The notes under the pieces were generated by a model that was given only the letters and a program-made list of their open reading frames with translations, was not told where the DNA came from and did not search any database. A stretch of 64,000 bases of DNA from Chlamydiales bacterium (lineage in GTDB: Bacteria; Chlamydiota; Chlamydiia; Chlamydiales; JAAZZY01), in NCBI GenBank assembly GCA_965206695.1, contig CBDBKM010000010.1, forward strand, positions 224,001-288,000. Direction: 5' to 3'. Position numbers and translations under genes: made by a program. Below, in pieces: positions 1-10,107 of the stretch (position 1 is its first letter; every line of letters begins with the position of its first letter).

Positions 1-777
1 AAATCATTAGAAAAAAAATTGACCAAGGCAGAAGAAAAGCTCAAGAAACAACTTTGGCATTTGGGTAATGAGGAATTTAAATGCGAAAGTGATGCTAAAA
101 AAGCTTGGGGCAGATTGACTAAAAAAAATCATTTATATTCCATGAATAGTGAGATATTGCCGATTCTAAAATATGGTAAATTAGGCAAACCTAAACAAGG
201 AGAGGAAAAACAAGTTGTTGGATACAAGATTCATGCTAGCTTTGAAAGGGAAGAAGAAGAAATTAATAAACTGATGAATAGAAAAGGACGGTTTATTTTA
301 GCTGCGAATGACACCGATAGAGAAAATTATAAAGATGAGATGATGTTAGAAGAATATAAAGAACAGCAAAAGGTTGAAGGAGGGTTTCGCTTTTTAAAAG
401 ATCCTTGGTTTATGGTTGATTCTATTTTTTTAAAAACCCCTCGACGCATTGAAGCATTAATGATGGTTATGACATTGTGTTTAATGGTTTATAATATCGG
501 ACAATATCAACTTCGACAAAAATTGATAGAAACAGAAGAGACATTACCCAACCAATTAGGAAAGGAAGTCAAAAATCCAACATTAAGATGGATTTTCCAA
601 ATTATGGAAGGTATCGGAATAATCCGTTTTTTTCAGAAGACTTCCCGGAGAATTTGTAAAGAAATGATCACAAATTTAACCCGTCTTCGGAAAAAGATTA
701 TTGTTTTGTTTGGAAAGACTGCAATGAGGATGTATGGCTTAATTAGAAAAACTTGTTTAGAGGTCTAGGAATGTCGG
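1..777 (+). mobile_element. IS1634-family element, 3' part (cut by window start); transposase C-terminus ends at 768
   Basis: Translation identical to the C-terminus of the 555-aa transposase at 33522-35189; ends in the same terminal repeat GGTCTAGGAATGTCGG (762-777). Confidence 0.92.
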
Positions 778-977
778 CTACTCGATACCATTCATTAGTC
801 ATTGATCCGGATAGCATACCAAGCTGCTTAATTGTTACGGCGAAAACAAGTGAAGGGGAAATTATGGGAATTAAACATAAAGATTATCCTGTAGAAGGGG
901 TTCAATTTCATCCGGAATCTACTCTAACTAAAGAAGGGGACTTGCTTTTTTTGTCCTTTCTATCTGCTACATTTTAA
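778..977 (+). pseudogene. C-terminal part of a glutamine amidotransferase (PabA/TrpG type) cut by IS1634
   Basis: ATRYHSLV and GVQFHPES motifs begin directly after the IS1634 terminal repeat; the N-terminus is replaced by IS sequence. Confidence 0.85.
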
Positions 978-1710
978 AATCTTCACCAAGATAAGTGCGA
1001 CGTGCATGTGCATTATTGATAAGTTCTTCAACAGATCCTGAGAGTACAACTCGGCCATCTTGGATAAGATAACTTTTATCAACAATTGAGAAGATTTCAC
1101 GAGCATTATGGTCTGTTATTAAAATACTAATATTTTTTCGAGCTAAATGACGAATCATTTCTTTTACATCATGAATCGTTAAAGGATCAATGTTGGCAAA
1201 AGGTTCGTCTAATAATAAAAAAGAAGGCTTAGTAACGAGTGCTCTTGCGATCTCGAGCCGTCTTCTTTCTCCACCCGATAGTCCACCGGCTTTTTTCTTT
1301 ATGAGATGTTTTAGGCGTAGATCACCCAGTAATTCTTCTAGACGTTCTCTACGTTGTTTTTTTGTGGATTTGAATGTTTCAAGTATACACAGAATATTTT
1401 CTTCGACGGTTAGGTTTCTAAATACTGAAGGCTCTTGTGCAAGATAGCCCATACCCATATTTGCTCGTTTATACATAGGGATATTAGTTACATCTTTATT
1501 ATTGAAAAAAACTTTGCCTTCATCCGGTCGTATTAATCCGATAGTCATATAGAAAGCGGTTGTTTTTCCGGCACCATTTGGACCTAATAATCCAATAATC
1601 TCTCCTTCTTTCATTGAGAAAGAAAGTTCATTAACAACACGCCTTCCGCCGTAAGTTTTTACAAGTCCTTCTACGCAAAAAAAAATGCGAGAATTATTTT
1701 GATCCGTCAT
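967..1710 (-). CDS. lptB: LPS export ABC transporter ATP-binding protein
   Basis: GPNGAGKT, LSGGERRRLEIARAL, LLDEPFA, ITDHN; downstream of kdsA. Confidence 0.95.
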   Translation of the reverse strand: MTDQNNSRIFFCVEGLVKTYGGRRVVNELSFSMKEGEIIGLLGPNGAGKTTAFYMTIGLIRPDEGKVFFNNKDVTNIPMYKRANMGMGYLAQEPSVFRNLTVEENILCILETFKSTKKQRRERLEELLGDLRLKHLIKKKAGGLSGGERRRLEIARALVTKPSFLLLDEPFANIDPLTIHDVKEMIRHLARKNISILITDHNAREIFSIVDKSYLIQDGRVVLSGSVEELINNAHARRTYLGEDFKM

Positions 1711-1711
1711 T

Positions 1712-2350
1712 TCAATCCTCTTGTATAAAAAAGTTTTTTTGAAATCTTACTAATTCATCTTCGTTAAAAATAAAATGGACTTTTCCTATTCCTTGTATAG
1801 ACTCTTGTTTGTTCAACTCATTGCGTTTGATAATAACTTTATCAGCGCTCATTTGAAAGTCTTGGATTTTATCAAAAAATAAAACTCGGTTACCTTCATC
1901 AGCATAAAGGATCATAATATTATCGTTCGGAAAGAATTCAATAGAATCGGCTAGAGCATATTGTAAAAGAGGGCGTGAATCCTCCGTATTAACATGACCA
2001 TTTTGAATGATACTGATATGTCCTTTTAATACAATTTTATTAGGGATAATTTGCCTAACATTCGTCGTATAATTGGCCTCTATAAAATCAGCTTTAATTT
2101 CTCCTATCCGATCTTGAAATAAGATTTGCTGATTCCGGTTATCAAGTAAGTTTTTATGGCGAGCCTCTAAAGTCAGCATACCTTTTTGATTATCGAGAGT
2201 GACAGGTCCAAAGCAGGTAAGAGTATGTTTCTCAGCTGTTTCTTCATCCAGATAAGAGAGGGATGTTTTTCCTTCGCAATAGAATTCGTTTAAGGAATCA
2301 GCAAATAGACTTGTTGTAAAAAGAAGGGTAATAAATATGATTAATCTCAT
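1712..2350 (-). CDS. LptA/OstA-like periplasmic protein (chlamydial type)
   Basis: Signal peptide, beta-rich sequence, directly upstream of lptB. Confidence 0.6.
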   Translation of the reverse strand: MRLIIFITLLFTTSLFADSLNEFYCEGKTSLSYLDEETAEKHTLTCFGPVTLDNQKGMLTLEARHKNLLDNRNQQILFQDRIGEIKADFIEANYTTNVRQIIPNKIVLKGHISIIQNGHVNTEDSRPLLQYALADSIEFFPNDNIMILYADEGNRVLFFDKIQDFQMSADKVIIKRNELNKQESIQGIGKVHFIFNEDELVRFQKNFFIQED

Positions 2351-3057
2351 AATAGGCCTTTTTTGCTATAAAAAGAGGCATCTAGATTATACATTTTAAC
2401 AGATGGGGTTTCATGAAAAAATGTAAATTCAGCTGATTCGGCTGTTCCTTCCATGATGGTATTTTCCGGATTATAAGTTAAAGTAAGTTGATGCCCCGGC
2501 GTCTTATAAACATAAATAGTAACATCATTTGCTAAAAAAGTACGATTCTTAAAATGATAACTTGCTTGATTTGCAGTAAAATAGCGTACTTGTTGCATAG
2601 GAATAAGTTCTGAAATTTCATTTAGAGGAATTAATTCATTCGTATTTTCGAGCCCTCTAACAAAGTAACTGCCTGAACTATTTTCAATTACCTCTCTACC
2701 GTCTAGAAGCGTATAATAAAGCTTTTGCTGCATAAATCCGGTGACATTATACATGTTCTCTATAACGCATATGCTGTTATTTTCCTGAAATAGGGAAAGT
2801 TCTGATGTCTCGCTTTTTAACCAAAAACGCATTCGTTTATTATTATCCGTAAACCAAATATTTTTTGTGACATTTTGGCGTTTTTGAAGGCTTTCATTTT
2901 TTGGAGAAGTATTCAAATAGCGTTGAGGTTGGCTACTCTCCATAAGCTTATGATAGGATAGATAATCTTTTGGAGATATTCCGAATAGAAAAACAACAAC
3001 TAACATCAATGAAACAAGAAAAATGATGATGAATAGAAATATTTTTATTCGAAACAT
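2347..3057 (-). CDS. LptC-like membrane-anchored protein
   Basis: N-terminal TM helix, beta-rich; lies between kdsA and lptA/lptB. Confidence 0.55.
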   Translation of the reverse strand: MFRIKIFLFIIIFLVSLMLVVVFLFGISPKDYLSYHKLMESSQPQRYLNTSPKNESLQKRQNVTKNIWFTDNNKRMRFWLKSETSELSLFQENNSICVIENMYNVTGFMQQKLYYTLLDGREVIENSSGSYFVRGLENTNELIPLNEISELIPMQQVRYFTANQASYHFKNRTFLANDVTIYVYKTPGHQLTLTYNPENTIMEGTAESAEFTFFHETPSVKMYNLDASFYSKKGLL

Positions 3058-3069
3058 GAATTCAATTGT

Positions 3070-3891
3070 TTAAAATTTTTTGACTGTTTTATAAATAGCA
3101 CAAAGTTGTTCCATTAATTGAGGTAATTGATCAAAAGGAAAAACACTTGCAGCATCGCTTTTAGCAGTTTCCGGTGAAGGATGAGATTCTATAAAAATAG
3201 CATTACAACCACTTGCTACCGCTGCCCTTGCTAACGTTGGTATAAACTCTCTATTGCCACCTGAAGAGGTATCTTGTCCACCGGGCCGTTGAACTGAGTG
3301 AGAAGCATCATAGCATACAGGATATCCTAATTTTTGCATGATAGGAATGGCTCGCATATCGCTAACTAGATTATTATAACCAAAAGTAGTTCCTCTATCC
3401 GTTAAAATAATATTCTTATTGTCAGAGCCAGTCATTTTCTCAACAACCGGGGCCATATCCCAAGGGGCCATAAATTGACCTTTTTTTATGCTCACAGGCT
3501 TCTTTGTGTTTGCCGCTGCTACAATGAGATCAGTTTGGCGGCATAAAAAAGCGGGTATTTGAATAATATCAAGAATTTCACCGGCAATACGTGCTTCTTC
3601 AGGAGAATGAACATCACTAATAACCGGAAGATTGAATTCTTGTTGCACTTGTGCCAGAATTTTTAAACCATTTTTAAGTCCCGGACCGCGAAAAGAATGA
3701 ATAGATGAACGATTCGCTTTGTCATAACTGGACTTGAAGATAAAATTGACATCAAATTTTTCAAAAATTTCTTTTAATTGTCCGGCAGCTTTCAAACACT
3801 GAGATTCACTCTCAATGACACAAGGACCTGACATAACAGCCAAGGGCTCATTTTCTCCGATCATAAATCCTTTGATTTTTATGATTTGCAT
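3070..3891 (-). CDS. kdsA: KDO-8-phosphate synthase
   Basis: GPCVIES, SSYDKANRSS, QIPAFLCRQTDL, KKGQF. Confidence 0.97.
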   Translation of the reverse strand: MQIIKIKGFMIGENEPLAVMSGPCVIESESQCLKAAGQLKEIFEKFDVNFIFKSSYDKANRSSIHSFRGPGLKNGLKILAQVQQEFNLPVISDVHSPEEARIAGEILDIIQIPAFLCRQTDLIVAAANTKKPVSIKKGQFMAPWDMAPVVEKMTGSDNKNIILTDRGTTFGYNNLVSDMRAIPIMQKLGYPVCYDASHSVQRPGGQDTSSGGNREFIPTLARAAVASGCNAIFIESHPSPETAKSDAASVFPFDQLPQLMEQLCAIYKTVKKF

Positions 3892-4169
3892 TCGATGCTC
3901 TTATTAAATTATCAATCTACAAGCATAGAATATTGGACCTTCTTTTTGCAATAGAAGGATTCAACTATTTGATGAAAAATATCTTGATCAAATTAAAGTT
4001 ACTATAATATAATGGCTTATGTTCAAATCACTATTAGCCTCCTAAATTTTATAGATAAATAAAGCTTACTATAATACCATGAAAACTGAAGGGGCAGTAC
4101 CTTATTACACATCTGGTATTGCATAGTGAAAATCACAATTTTGTATCATATTTCAACTGAGGGCGCACT

Positions 4170-4421
4170 ATGAAAGAATTTGTCGAATATATTGTTAAAA
4201 ATTTAGTAGATTATCCGGAAGATGTAAAAATCAATGAAATCGGGGGAACTCAAACACTGATTATCGAACTTTCGGTGCAAAAATCGGATATAGGCAAGAT
4301 CATTGGAAAAAAGGGTAAAACTATTAATGCAATTAGAACTTTGTTAATGTCAGTTGCCAGTCGTAATGGTATACGTGTTAGCTTAGAAATCTTGGAAGAA
4401 GGCGAAAAAACACCTCTTTAA
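4170..4421 (+). CDS. khpA: KH-domain RNA-binding protein (KhpA/UPF0109)
   Basis: DIGKIIGKKGKTINAIRTLL. Confidence 0.9.
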   Translation: MKEFVEYIVKNLVDYPEDVKINEIGGTQTLIIELSVQKSDIGKIIGKKGKTINAIRTLLMSVASRNGIRVSLEILEEGEKTPL

Positions 4422-4437
4422 TCGATTAATTTTTATT

Positions 4438-4469
4438 CAGATAGGACTCGGTATTCCGGGTCTTGTTTG
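4438..4469. terminator. Hairpin between convergent genes, possible bidirectional terminator
   Basis: CAGATAGGACTCGG-TATT-CCGGGTCTTGTTTG stem with G:U pairs. Confidence 0.45.
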
Positions 4470-4500
4470 GAGTCGTTCATATCTTCTTATTCAGAAGTCA

Positions 4501-7143
4501 TTATTTTACAAGTACAGGAAGATATGGGGTTATAACTGCTTTCCGTGAATTAATAGAGCCGGCATCAAATTTTAAAACAACCATTCGAACTCCCTTTAGT
4601 GCATTTGGAAACGCTTTCTGAGGTATATCTAAGAAATGATTTGTAAACAAAGCGGCGGATTCTTTGGAGTGGGTACCTAAGAACTCTACTTCTAAGTGAT
4701 TGTTTACTATTTCCGGTGCAGATTTAAAAGCATTTAGAAAACTTGTTAGATGATCTGAGGCTTGTCTATCTAAAGGGGTCCAAATCCACATCTCATCTTT
4801 ATGATAATATTTTCTAACATCATCATTATAGACTTCTTCAGCTCCCGGAATGGTGCTGATCATATGAATATGTAAATCAATTTCTCGATCCGAGCGAAAA
4901 GCTTCCTGTGCTCTTTTTAGCCATTGAGCAGATATTTTTCTTGCATTTTCACGGAATGTATTATAATTTTTAGCGAATAGTTTAGTTTGGGAGACTCTAC
5001 AGCAACCATTCTGTTCTTTAGTATCAGAAAAGACATCACTAGGTTTATCTTCAGCACACTCTTTAAGTGCCAATTCAATGTGTTTTTCTTTTAGCTTGTA
5101 GATTTTTCCATATAAAGAAAAAAGGTCTTCATTTTGCAACATATATCTTGCTGCTTTAGAAGCAAATTGATCATCTTTTGGAATGTCTTCCAGATGGATA
5201 ATCTCGGCGTCTTTTTTTAACATTAAGGATTTTAAACGATTTAAAAGAGAAGCGACACAATAGACATCCCGACCGGATACTTTTGATAAAAGGTCTGTAT
5301 CTTCTAAAATAGCATATAAAAATTGTAAATATTCAGCAAATTCCCGATCAGGATGGATGTAATGCGCGGTGGTGTTTTCTATGGCGATTTTTCGTTGAAA
5401 AAGTCGATGTTTACTACGCAATTCGTATTGAGCCAATGTATCTTTATTCAGTGATTTTAAATGCTGATCAATGGTTGCTTTTGCCATTCCACCGGAACTA
5501 TATTTGTCATTAATAATGAAACTCTGTTCAGCGACCAAAACATTACATGACTGAGCGTCCCCAATTAAAGCTTGTGGGGCTGAGGAAGTAGCTAAATGTG
5601 TTCGATGATGATCGACAACACTAATAATATCTAAATAAGAGGCTATTTTTACTTCTTCTCTATTACAAAAATCTCGCAGCGTGACAGTCCCCAAAGGAAG
5701 ATGTCGTAGATTCTTAGCATGGATAACTCCTAAGGGCCATAACCTTTTATTTTCATCTACTTGAATAACAGTCAAATGATTATGCGAACCCATTTTTTCT
5801 AAAATTTCTTCAATATCAGCATGGAGGGTTACAAATTTGGTAGGGTATTGAAGCACCCGTTCCTTAATAAGGAGTGCGATTTCCATCGTTTCGATAAAAC
5901 TTCGCATTCTTTGAATAGCAGCATCTAATGTTTTAACAATTTCATTGAAAGAATTAAAAATACGTGGCCTATTTTCAAATAAATGCCCACTTGAATCAAA
6001 GAGGCTGCCTTTTTTAAGAGATTTTTCTAAAACTCTTCGAAAATGAAGGAATTCGGTAAGAGATAAATGGGTCATTGCTTCGCAAAAATTCCCAAAGCTA
6101 CATTCCGATCCTTCTTTAATTTCCAGTACCTTCGAAAGGTAATCATGAAGTTGTTGTTTTTGAATTTCAGTGAATTCTTTATTTGGTTCACAATCTTTAA
6201 TTTTAAGATCGAATGTTGAATTAATAAAAGCCGGAATGGAGTCATACGTTAATTCTTTTTGAGCGAAAAGAGCAATCAGATTGGCGTGAAGATTATTTTC
6301 TATCCATCTAAGAATCGTATTCAGGCTAACTTGAACTTGTCGTACTCCTTCAACATCGGCACTTTTCCAATCTCCTAAATAACGACCTTGTTCGTCAATC
6401 ACTATAATAGCTTTTTGATAACGTTCATGATCCACACCGGTAATAGGGTCGTGAGGATGTTTTTTTATCAGTGATTTCTGACTGATAAAGTGCATGCTCG
6501 TTAAACTTAAAGATGTTCGAGATTGAGAGATATTAGAAAAAATATTTTGATTGAATAATTCATAAAAGGAATGAGCATTATGGGTGGTAGGAGCGCCCCC
6601 GGGAGGTAAATTCCAAATATGAAGGCCGTTTCCTAAACGCGCGGCAAAAGCGTCTACCCAACCCCAAAAAGAAGCGATGGTGGTATCTAGATCGGGTGAA
6701 TTATGTGCCGTTACAAAGTGTGTTCCTTTATGTACTTTCCCCATTCCAACAGGGAAAAAGACCTGGTAGTCTTCCCTTGGAATATGTTTTCCTACTATTT
6801 TTGATCGGATATTATAATTTTCTTCATTGTTTAAATTAGAATATTGATTCAACCAAAATTCAAAATTAATAAATGAGTAGTTTATTAGAATTCGATCTTT
6901 ATTAATTTTAGAAATGTAATCAATTATAGCAGGTAATAAAAATGATTCTGAGGGAGATTGCCGGATCAAAGTTAGTAGGATACGATTCACTTTTTCATTG
7001 CGTTGAGGTAGTGTAAGGGTTTTAAAACCTTTTAATCGAAAGTCAGAAAAGATGTTGTCGATATTTGGAAATTTTTGATGGTTGATGACATAATGACCTA
7101 AAAGGTCCGGTTCAGAAGATAAAGGATTTTGTTTGTTTTTCAT
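4501..7143 (-). CDS. Large DHH-superfamily protein resembling a family II pyrophosphatase, with a long insertion
   Basis: TAHNSPDLDTTIAS, VVDHH and AILEDT motifs spread over 880 aa. Confidence 0.6.
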   Translation of the reverse strand: MKNKQNPLSSEPDLLGHYVINHQKFPNIDNIFSDFRLKGFKTLTLPQRNEKVNRILLTLIRQSPSESFLLPAIIDYISKINKDRILINYSFINFEFWLNQYSNLNNEENYNIRSKIVGKHIPREDYQVFFPVGMGKVHKGTHFVTAHNSPDLDTTIASFWGWVDAFAARLGNGLHIWNLPPGGAPTTHNAHSFYELFNQNIFSNISQSRTSLSLTSMHFISQKSLIKKHPHDPITGVDHERYQKAIIVIDEQGRYLGDWKSADVEGVRQVQVSLNTILRWIENNLHANLIALFAQKELTYDSIPAFINSTFDLKIKDCEPNKEFTEIQKQQLHDYLSKVLEIKEGSECSFGNFCEAMTHLSLTEFLHFRRVLEKSLKKGSLFDSSGHLFENRPRIFNSFNEIVKTLDAAIQRMRSFIETMEIALLIKERVLQYPTKFVTLHADIEEILEKMGSHNHLTVIQVDENKRLWPLGVIHAKNLRHLPLGTVTLRDFCNREEVKIASYLDIISVVDHHRTHLATSSAPQALIGDAQSCNVLVAEQSFIINDKYSSGGMAKATIDQHLKSLNKDTLAQYELRSKHRLFQRKIAIENTTAHYIHPDREFAEYLQFLYAILEDTDLLSKVSGRDVYCVASLLNRLKSLMLKKDAEIIHLEDIPKDDQFASKAARYMLQNEDLFSLYGKIYKLKEKHIELALKECAEDKPSDVFSDTKEQNGCCRVSQTKLFAKNYNTFRENARKISAQWLKRAQEAFRSDREIDLHIHMISTIPGAEEVYNDDVRKYYHKDEMWIWTPLDRQASDHLTSFLNAFKSAPEIVNNHLEVEFLGTHSKESAALFTNHFLDIPQKAFPNALKGVRMVVLKFDAGSINSRKAVITPYLPVLVK

Positions 7144-7174
7144 CTATATCGGGTTATTTCAAAATATTAAAAAA

Positions 7175-7248
7175 CGGACTGAACAGGACTCGAACCTGCG
7201 ACCGTCCGCTTAGAAGGCGGATGCTCTATCCAGCTGAGCTATCAGTCC
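7175..7248 (-). tRNA. tRNA-Arg (anticodon UCU)
   Basis: GGACTGA/TCAGTCC acceptor stem, TAGCTCAGCTGGATAGAGC D arm, CTTCTAA anticodon loop, GGTTCGAGTCC T arm; CCA not encoded. Confidence 0.95.
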
Positions 7249-7379
7249 CTGAATTGATACATTCTAAATTCTTCATAGCAATTTTTTCAAGTTCTTTCTA
7301 AGAGCTATTTGATCAATATACCTTTTATAGCATGAAGAAAATAAATGTAAGAATTATGATACTTTTAAAATAAAATGGA

Positions 7380-7913
7380 GTGGTAATGATACAACAAGAG
7401 GTGTTTTTAGGTCTAGGTGGTAATCGTCAGAATACGTTAAATATTCTAAAACAAGCCATTCGAATGCTAGAGGAACTTCGAAATGTTTCGAATATCGATG
7501 TTTCCGGTTTTTATAAAACGACACCGGTTAATACGATTACTTCTTCTTCCTTCATAAATGCAGTATGTCGGGTAACAACCTCTTTGTCTTTAAAAGATGT
7601 TTGGTTGTGCTGTACATCTATAGAAAGAAAGTTAGGGAAAAGGCCAAAACCTAAAACCCATCCCAGGGTTATTGATATCGATATTCTTTTTTATGATAAT
7701 AAAAAGATTCTTCTAGAAGATCTTATTATTCCACACCCATGTTGGAAAGAGCGTTTATTTGTATTGGTCCCACTTCTTGATTTGATATCCGAAGTGACAG
7801 TATGCGATGCGTCCTCGAATATCGAGGTAATTGATCTTAAAAAATTAGTTCAAGATCACCCGAATTCGAATAATGAGGAAGTATTGTTTTATCCTACTTC
7901 CTTGAATCGATAA
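7380..7913 (+). CDS. folK: 2-amino-4-hydroxy-6-hydroxymethyldihydropteridine diphosphokinase
   Basis: LGLGGN, FINAV, PRVIDIDIL, IPHP...ERLFVLVPL. Confidence 0.93.
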   Translation: MVMIQQEVFLGLGGNRQNTLNILKQAIRMLEELRNVSNIDVSGFYKTTPVNTITSSSFINAVCRVTTSLSLKDVWLCCTSIERKLGKRPKPKTHPRVIDIDILFYDNKKILLEDLIIPHPCWKERLFVLVPLLDLISEVTVCDASSNIEVIDLKKLVQDHPNSNNEEVLFYPTSLNR

Positions 7914-7920
7914 ACAGTCT

Positions 7921-8030
7921 TTAATTTTTTTAAAATATAAAAGCGAGTGGTACGGGAGAAATATAGTAGAATTAGACTAATATTTTCCCGGTACACAAAA
8001 GTGTTCTGCATGCGGTCATAAATTAGGGGA
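7921..8030 (+). pseudogene. tnpB C-terminal relic
   Basis: Reads FLKYKSEWYGRNIVELD*YFPGTQKCSACGH, matching FLKYKCEWYGRNIVELDQFFASSKLCSAC of the full-length TnpB in this window. Confidence 0.8.
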
Positions 8031-8146
8031 ACATACTCACCGACATAAGAACTTTTCCGTTAATGCCTTTCAGACTAAGATTCATTTTATCGTTTTCATC
8101 ACTAAAGACTCTTAGGTGCAGGCATTTATTTACAAGCCACACCGTA

Positions 8147-9067
8147 TTAGAACGCGCATAGAAAAACCTCTTCCATATCATTGGGCACATGGGCTCTTAA
8201 CTCTAAATATTGACCGGTGATGGGGTGATTAAAAGCTAATATTTCTGCATGAAGATATTGTCGTTTTGCCCCAAATTTTTGATTCATTGACGAGTTGCCA
8301 TAAACAAAATCTCCAAGTATAGGGGTATGATTATATTGCATATGAACTCGTATTTGATGTGTTCGCCCTGTTTTAGGTAGGAGCTTAACTTTGCTTAATC
8401 GGCCGTTGTATATTAAGTTTGAGATTTCTGTAACGGCAGATTTTCCTTTTTCCTCTAAAACGGTCATTTTTTTTCGATGCATAGGATGTCGTCCTATAGG
8501 AGTATCGATAATACCATTTTTTACGTGTCCCAGACAGATAGCAAGATATTCTTTATGCATTTTCCTTTCTGAAAAAAGTTGAACGAGTCGCATATGAGCC
8601 AAATTCGTTTTGGCTGCTAATATAATCCCTGAGGTATCTTTATCTAAACGATGCACAATACCGGGGCGTAGACATTCATCGGTTTCAGCAAGGGTTTGGC
8701 AATGAGCTAAAAGAGCATTTACAAATGTTTTCGACCAATTTCCCGGGGCCGGATGCACAACCATACCAACAGGTTTATTAACTGCTAATAAAAATTCATC
8801 TTCATAAATGATTTCAAGAGGAATGGCTTCAGGTTGTAGCTTTGTACTTTGTTCAAAGGGAGCAAATTTTATTTCAATTGTATCATTTAAATGAGGTTTG
8901 TAGCGTTTTTTTATGGGCTGACCATTTAATAACACAAAGCCTTTAGAAATCAGATTCTGAAAATAGGTTCTGGAAAAATCATGAAAACGCCTGGCTAATA
9001 ATTGATCCATACGGAGGACCGTCTCTTCTTGTAGGATAGAGATCTGAACTGGATGGGTTAAACTCAT
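8147..9067 (-). CDS. rluD: RluA/RluD-family pseudouridine synthase with S4 domain
   Basis: NKPVGMVVHP, RPGIVHRLDKDTSG, TGRTHQIRVH. Confidence 0.9.
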   Translation of the reverse strand: MSLTHPVQISILQEETVLRMDQLLARRFHDFSRTYFQNLISKGFVLLNGQPIKKRYKPHLNDTIEIKFAPFEQSTKLQPEAIPLEIIYEDEFLLAVNKPVGMVVHPAPGNWSKTFVNALLAHCQTLAETDECLRPGIVHRLDKDTSGIILAAKTNLAHMRLVQLFSERKMHKEYLAICLGHVKNGIIDTPIGRHPMHRKKMTVLEEKGKSAVTEISNLIYNGRLSKVKLLPKTGRTHQIRVHMQYNHTPILGDFVYGNSSMNQKFGAKRQYLHAEILAFNHPITGQYLELRAHVPNDMEEVFLCAF

Positions 9068-9108
9068 TTAAATTATATACGAGTATTACTATTATTTATC
9101 TTCTACGG

Positions 9109-9140
9109 CATATCATCATTTTATATAAAATGATGATATG
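9109..9140. repeat. Perfect 32-bp palindrome upstream of rluD
   Basis: CATATCATCATTTTAT|ATAAAATGATGATATG. Confidence 0.9.
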
Positions 9141-9284
9141 GAAGGATAGCGAAAAAGGGATTTTTCGTTAAGCTTCTAAATACCGAAATGAGAAAAAAAA
9201 GAACATTCAGTTAAAAGTTATTTAATCTGAATGTTCTATATACATGTAATTTTAAAATCTTAAGTATTATCAGACTATTACAAG

Positions 9285-9470
9285 TTATTGTGATCCACCG
9301 TCTTGCTTAATATCGCCAATATGGCCCATAAGAGCTTTAATATTATTTAAAAGGTCTGCGATAACCTTTTTTATCATAGCAGCTTCTACAGCTTTATTAT
9401 TAGGGTGAACAGGAATGGTCGAGGCTGATAGTTTATCGGGGCCTTGATTTAGTATCATACTTGTGGACAT
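9285..9470 (-). CDS. Small hypothetical protein (61 aa), paralog of 9612-9917
   Basis: RBS GGGAGA, own promoter, shared C-terminal KA[LI]MG[HK]IG motif. Confidence 0.7.
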   Translation of the reverse strand: MSTSMILNQGPDKLSASTIPVHPNNKAVEAAMIKKVIADLLNNIKALMGHIGDIKQDGGSQ

Positions 9471-9506
9471 ATATGTCTCCCTAGATTATGTCTTATTATA
9501 AACAAC

Positions 9507-9535
9507 ATTATATCATTTTATTAATTAAAAGTAAA
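9507..9535 (-). promoter_or_regulatory. Sigma70/sigma66-type promoter
   Basis: TTTACT-N17-TATAAT with extended -10 (TGATATAAT). Confidence 0.65.
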
Positions 9536-9611
9536 GTAATTAATCAACACCAAGAGATCTAATTAAATTAACGCTCTTGATATTGATTATGAATTTTTTA
9601 AGTGGGTTTTA

Positions 9612-9917
9612 TTAATTCCAAGCGGAATCAGGACCTTTACCTATCTTTCCCATAATAGCTTTAGTTGCCGTGTAGAAGTTCATAGTAAAAGCTTCGTAGA
9701 GTTTTTTTTCTGCTTTAGCATGCGATGCCGATGAGCCGCCGCCACTTTTGCCGTCTTCTTTCTTTTTCTTAAGATCCTTCTTAGCATCATCTTCCTGCTC
9801 TTTAGCCATATAAGCTTTGAAATTTGAGGTTGGGTTATTCCTTTCTGCTTCTTTAAAGAGATTCACCTGATCCTGTTGCTTATCAGCTTGAACAGTTGTA
9901 GTTGTTTGAGTAGCCAT
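9612..9917 (-). CDS. Small hypothetical protein (101 aa)
   Basis: RBS AAGGAG, Thr/Gln-rich N-terminus, Lys-rich centre, KAIMGKIG C-terminal motif. Confidence 0.75.
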   Translation of the reverse strand: MATQTTTTVQADKQQDQVNLFKEAERNNPTSNFKAYMAKEQEDDAKKDLKKKKEDGKSGGGSSASHAKAEKKLYEAFTMNFYTATKAIMGKIGKGPDSAWN

Positions 9918-9968
9918 TATACACTCCTTTGTATTGGCGCTTGTTTATAGTAGCATCTTATATAAGCA

Positions 9969-9997
9969 ATTATAGCAATTTTATAAGTAAAAGTCAA
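9969..9997 (-). promoter_or_regulatory. Near-consensus sigma70/sigma66 promoter
   Basis: TTGACT-N17-TATAAT with extended -10 (TGCTATAAT). Confidence 0.75.
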
Positions 9998-10107
9998 TTA
10001 ATTATTTTAAACACATTAACTATATATTCATATTAAATAACTAAGAGTCAATAACTTGCTAAAAAGGCAATTATTTTTTAACTGATTGATAGTAAGCGAT
10101 TTAAAAT

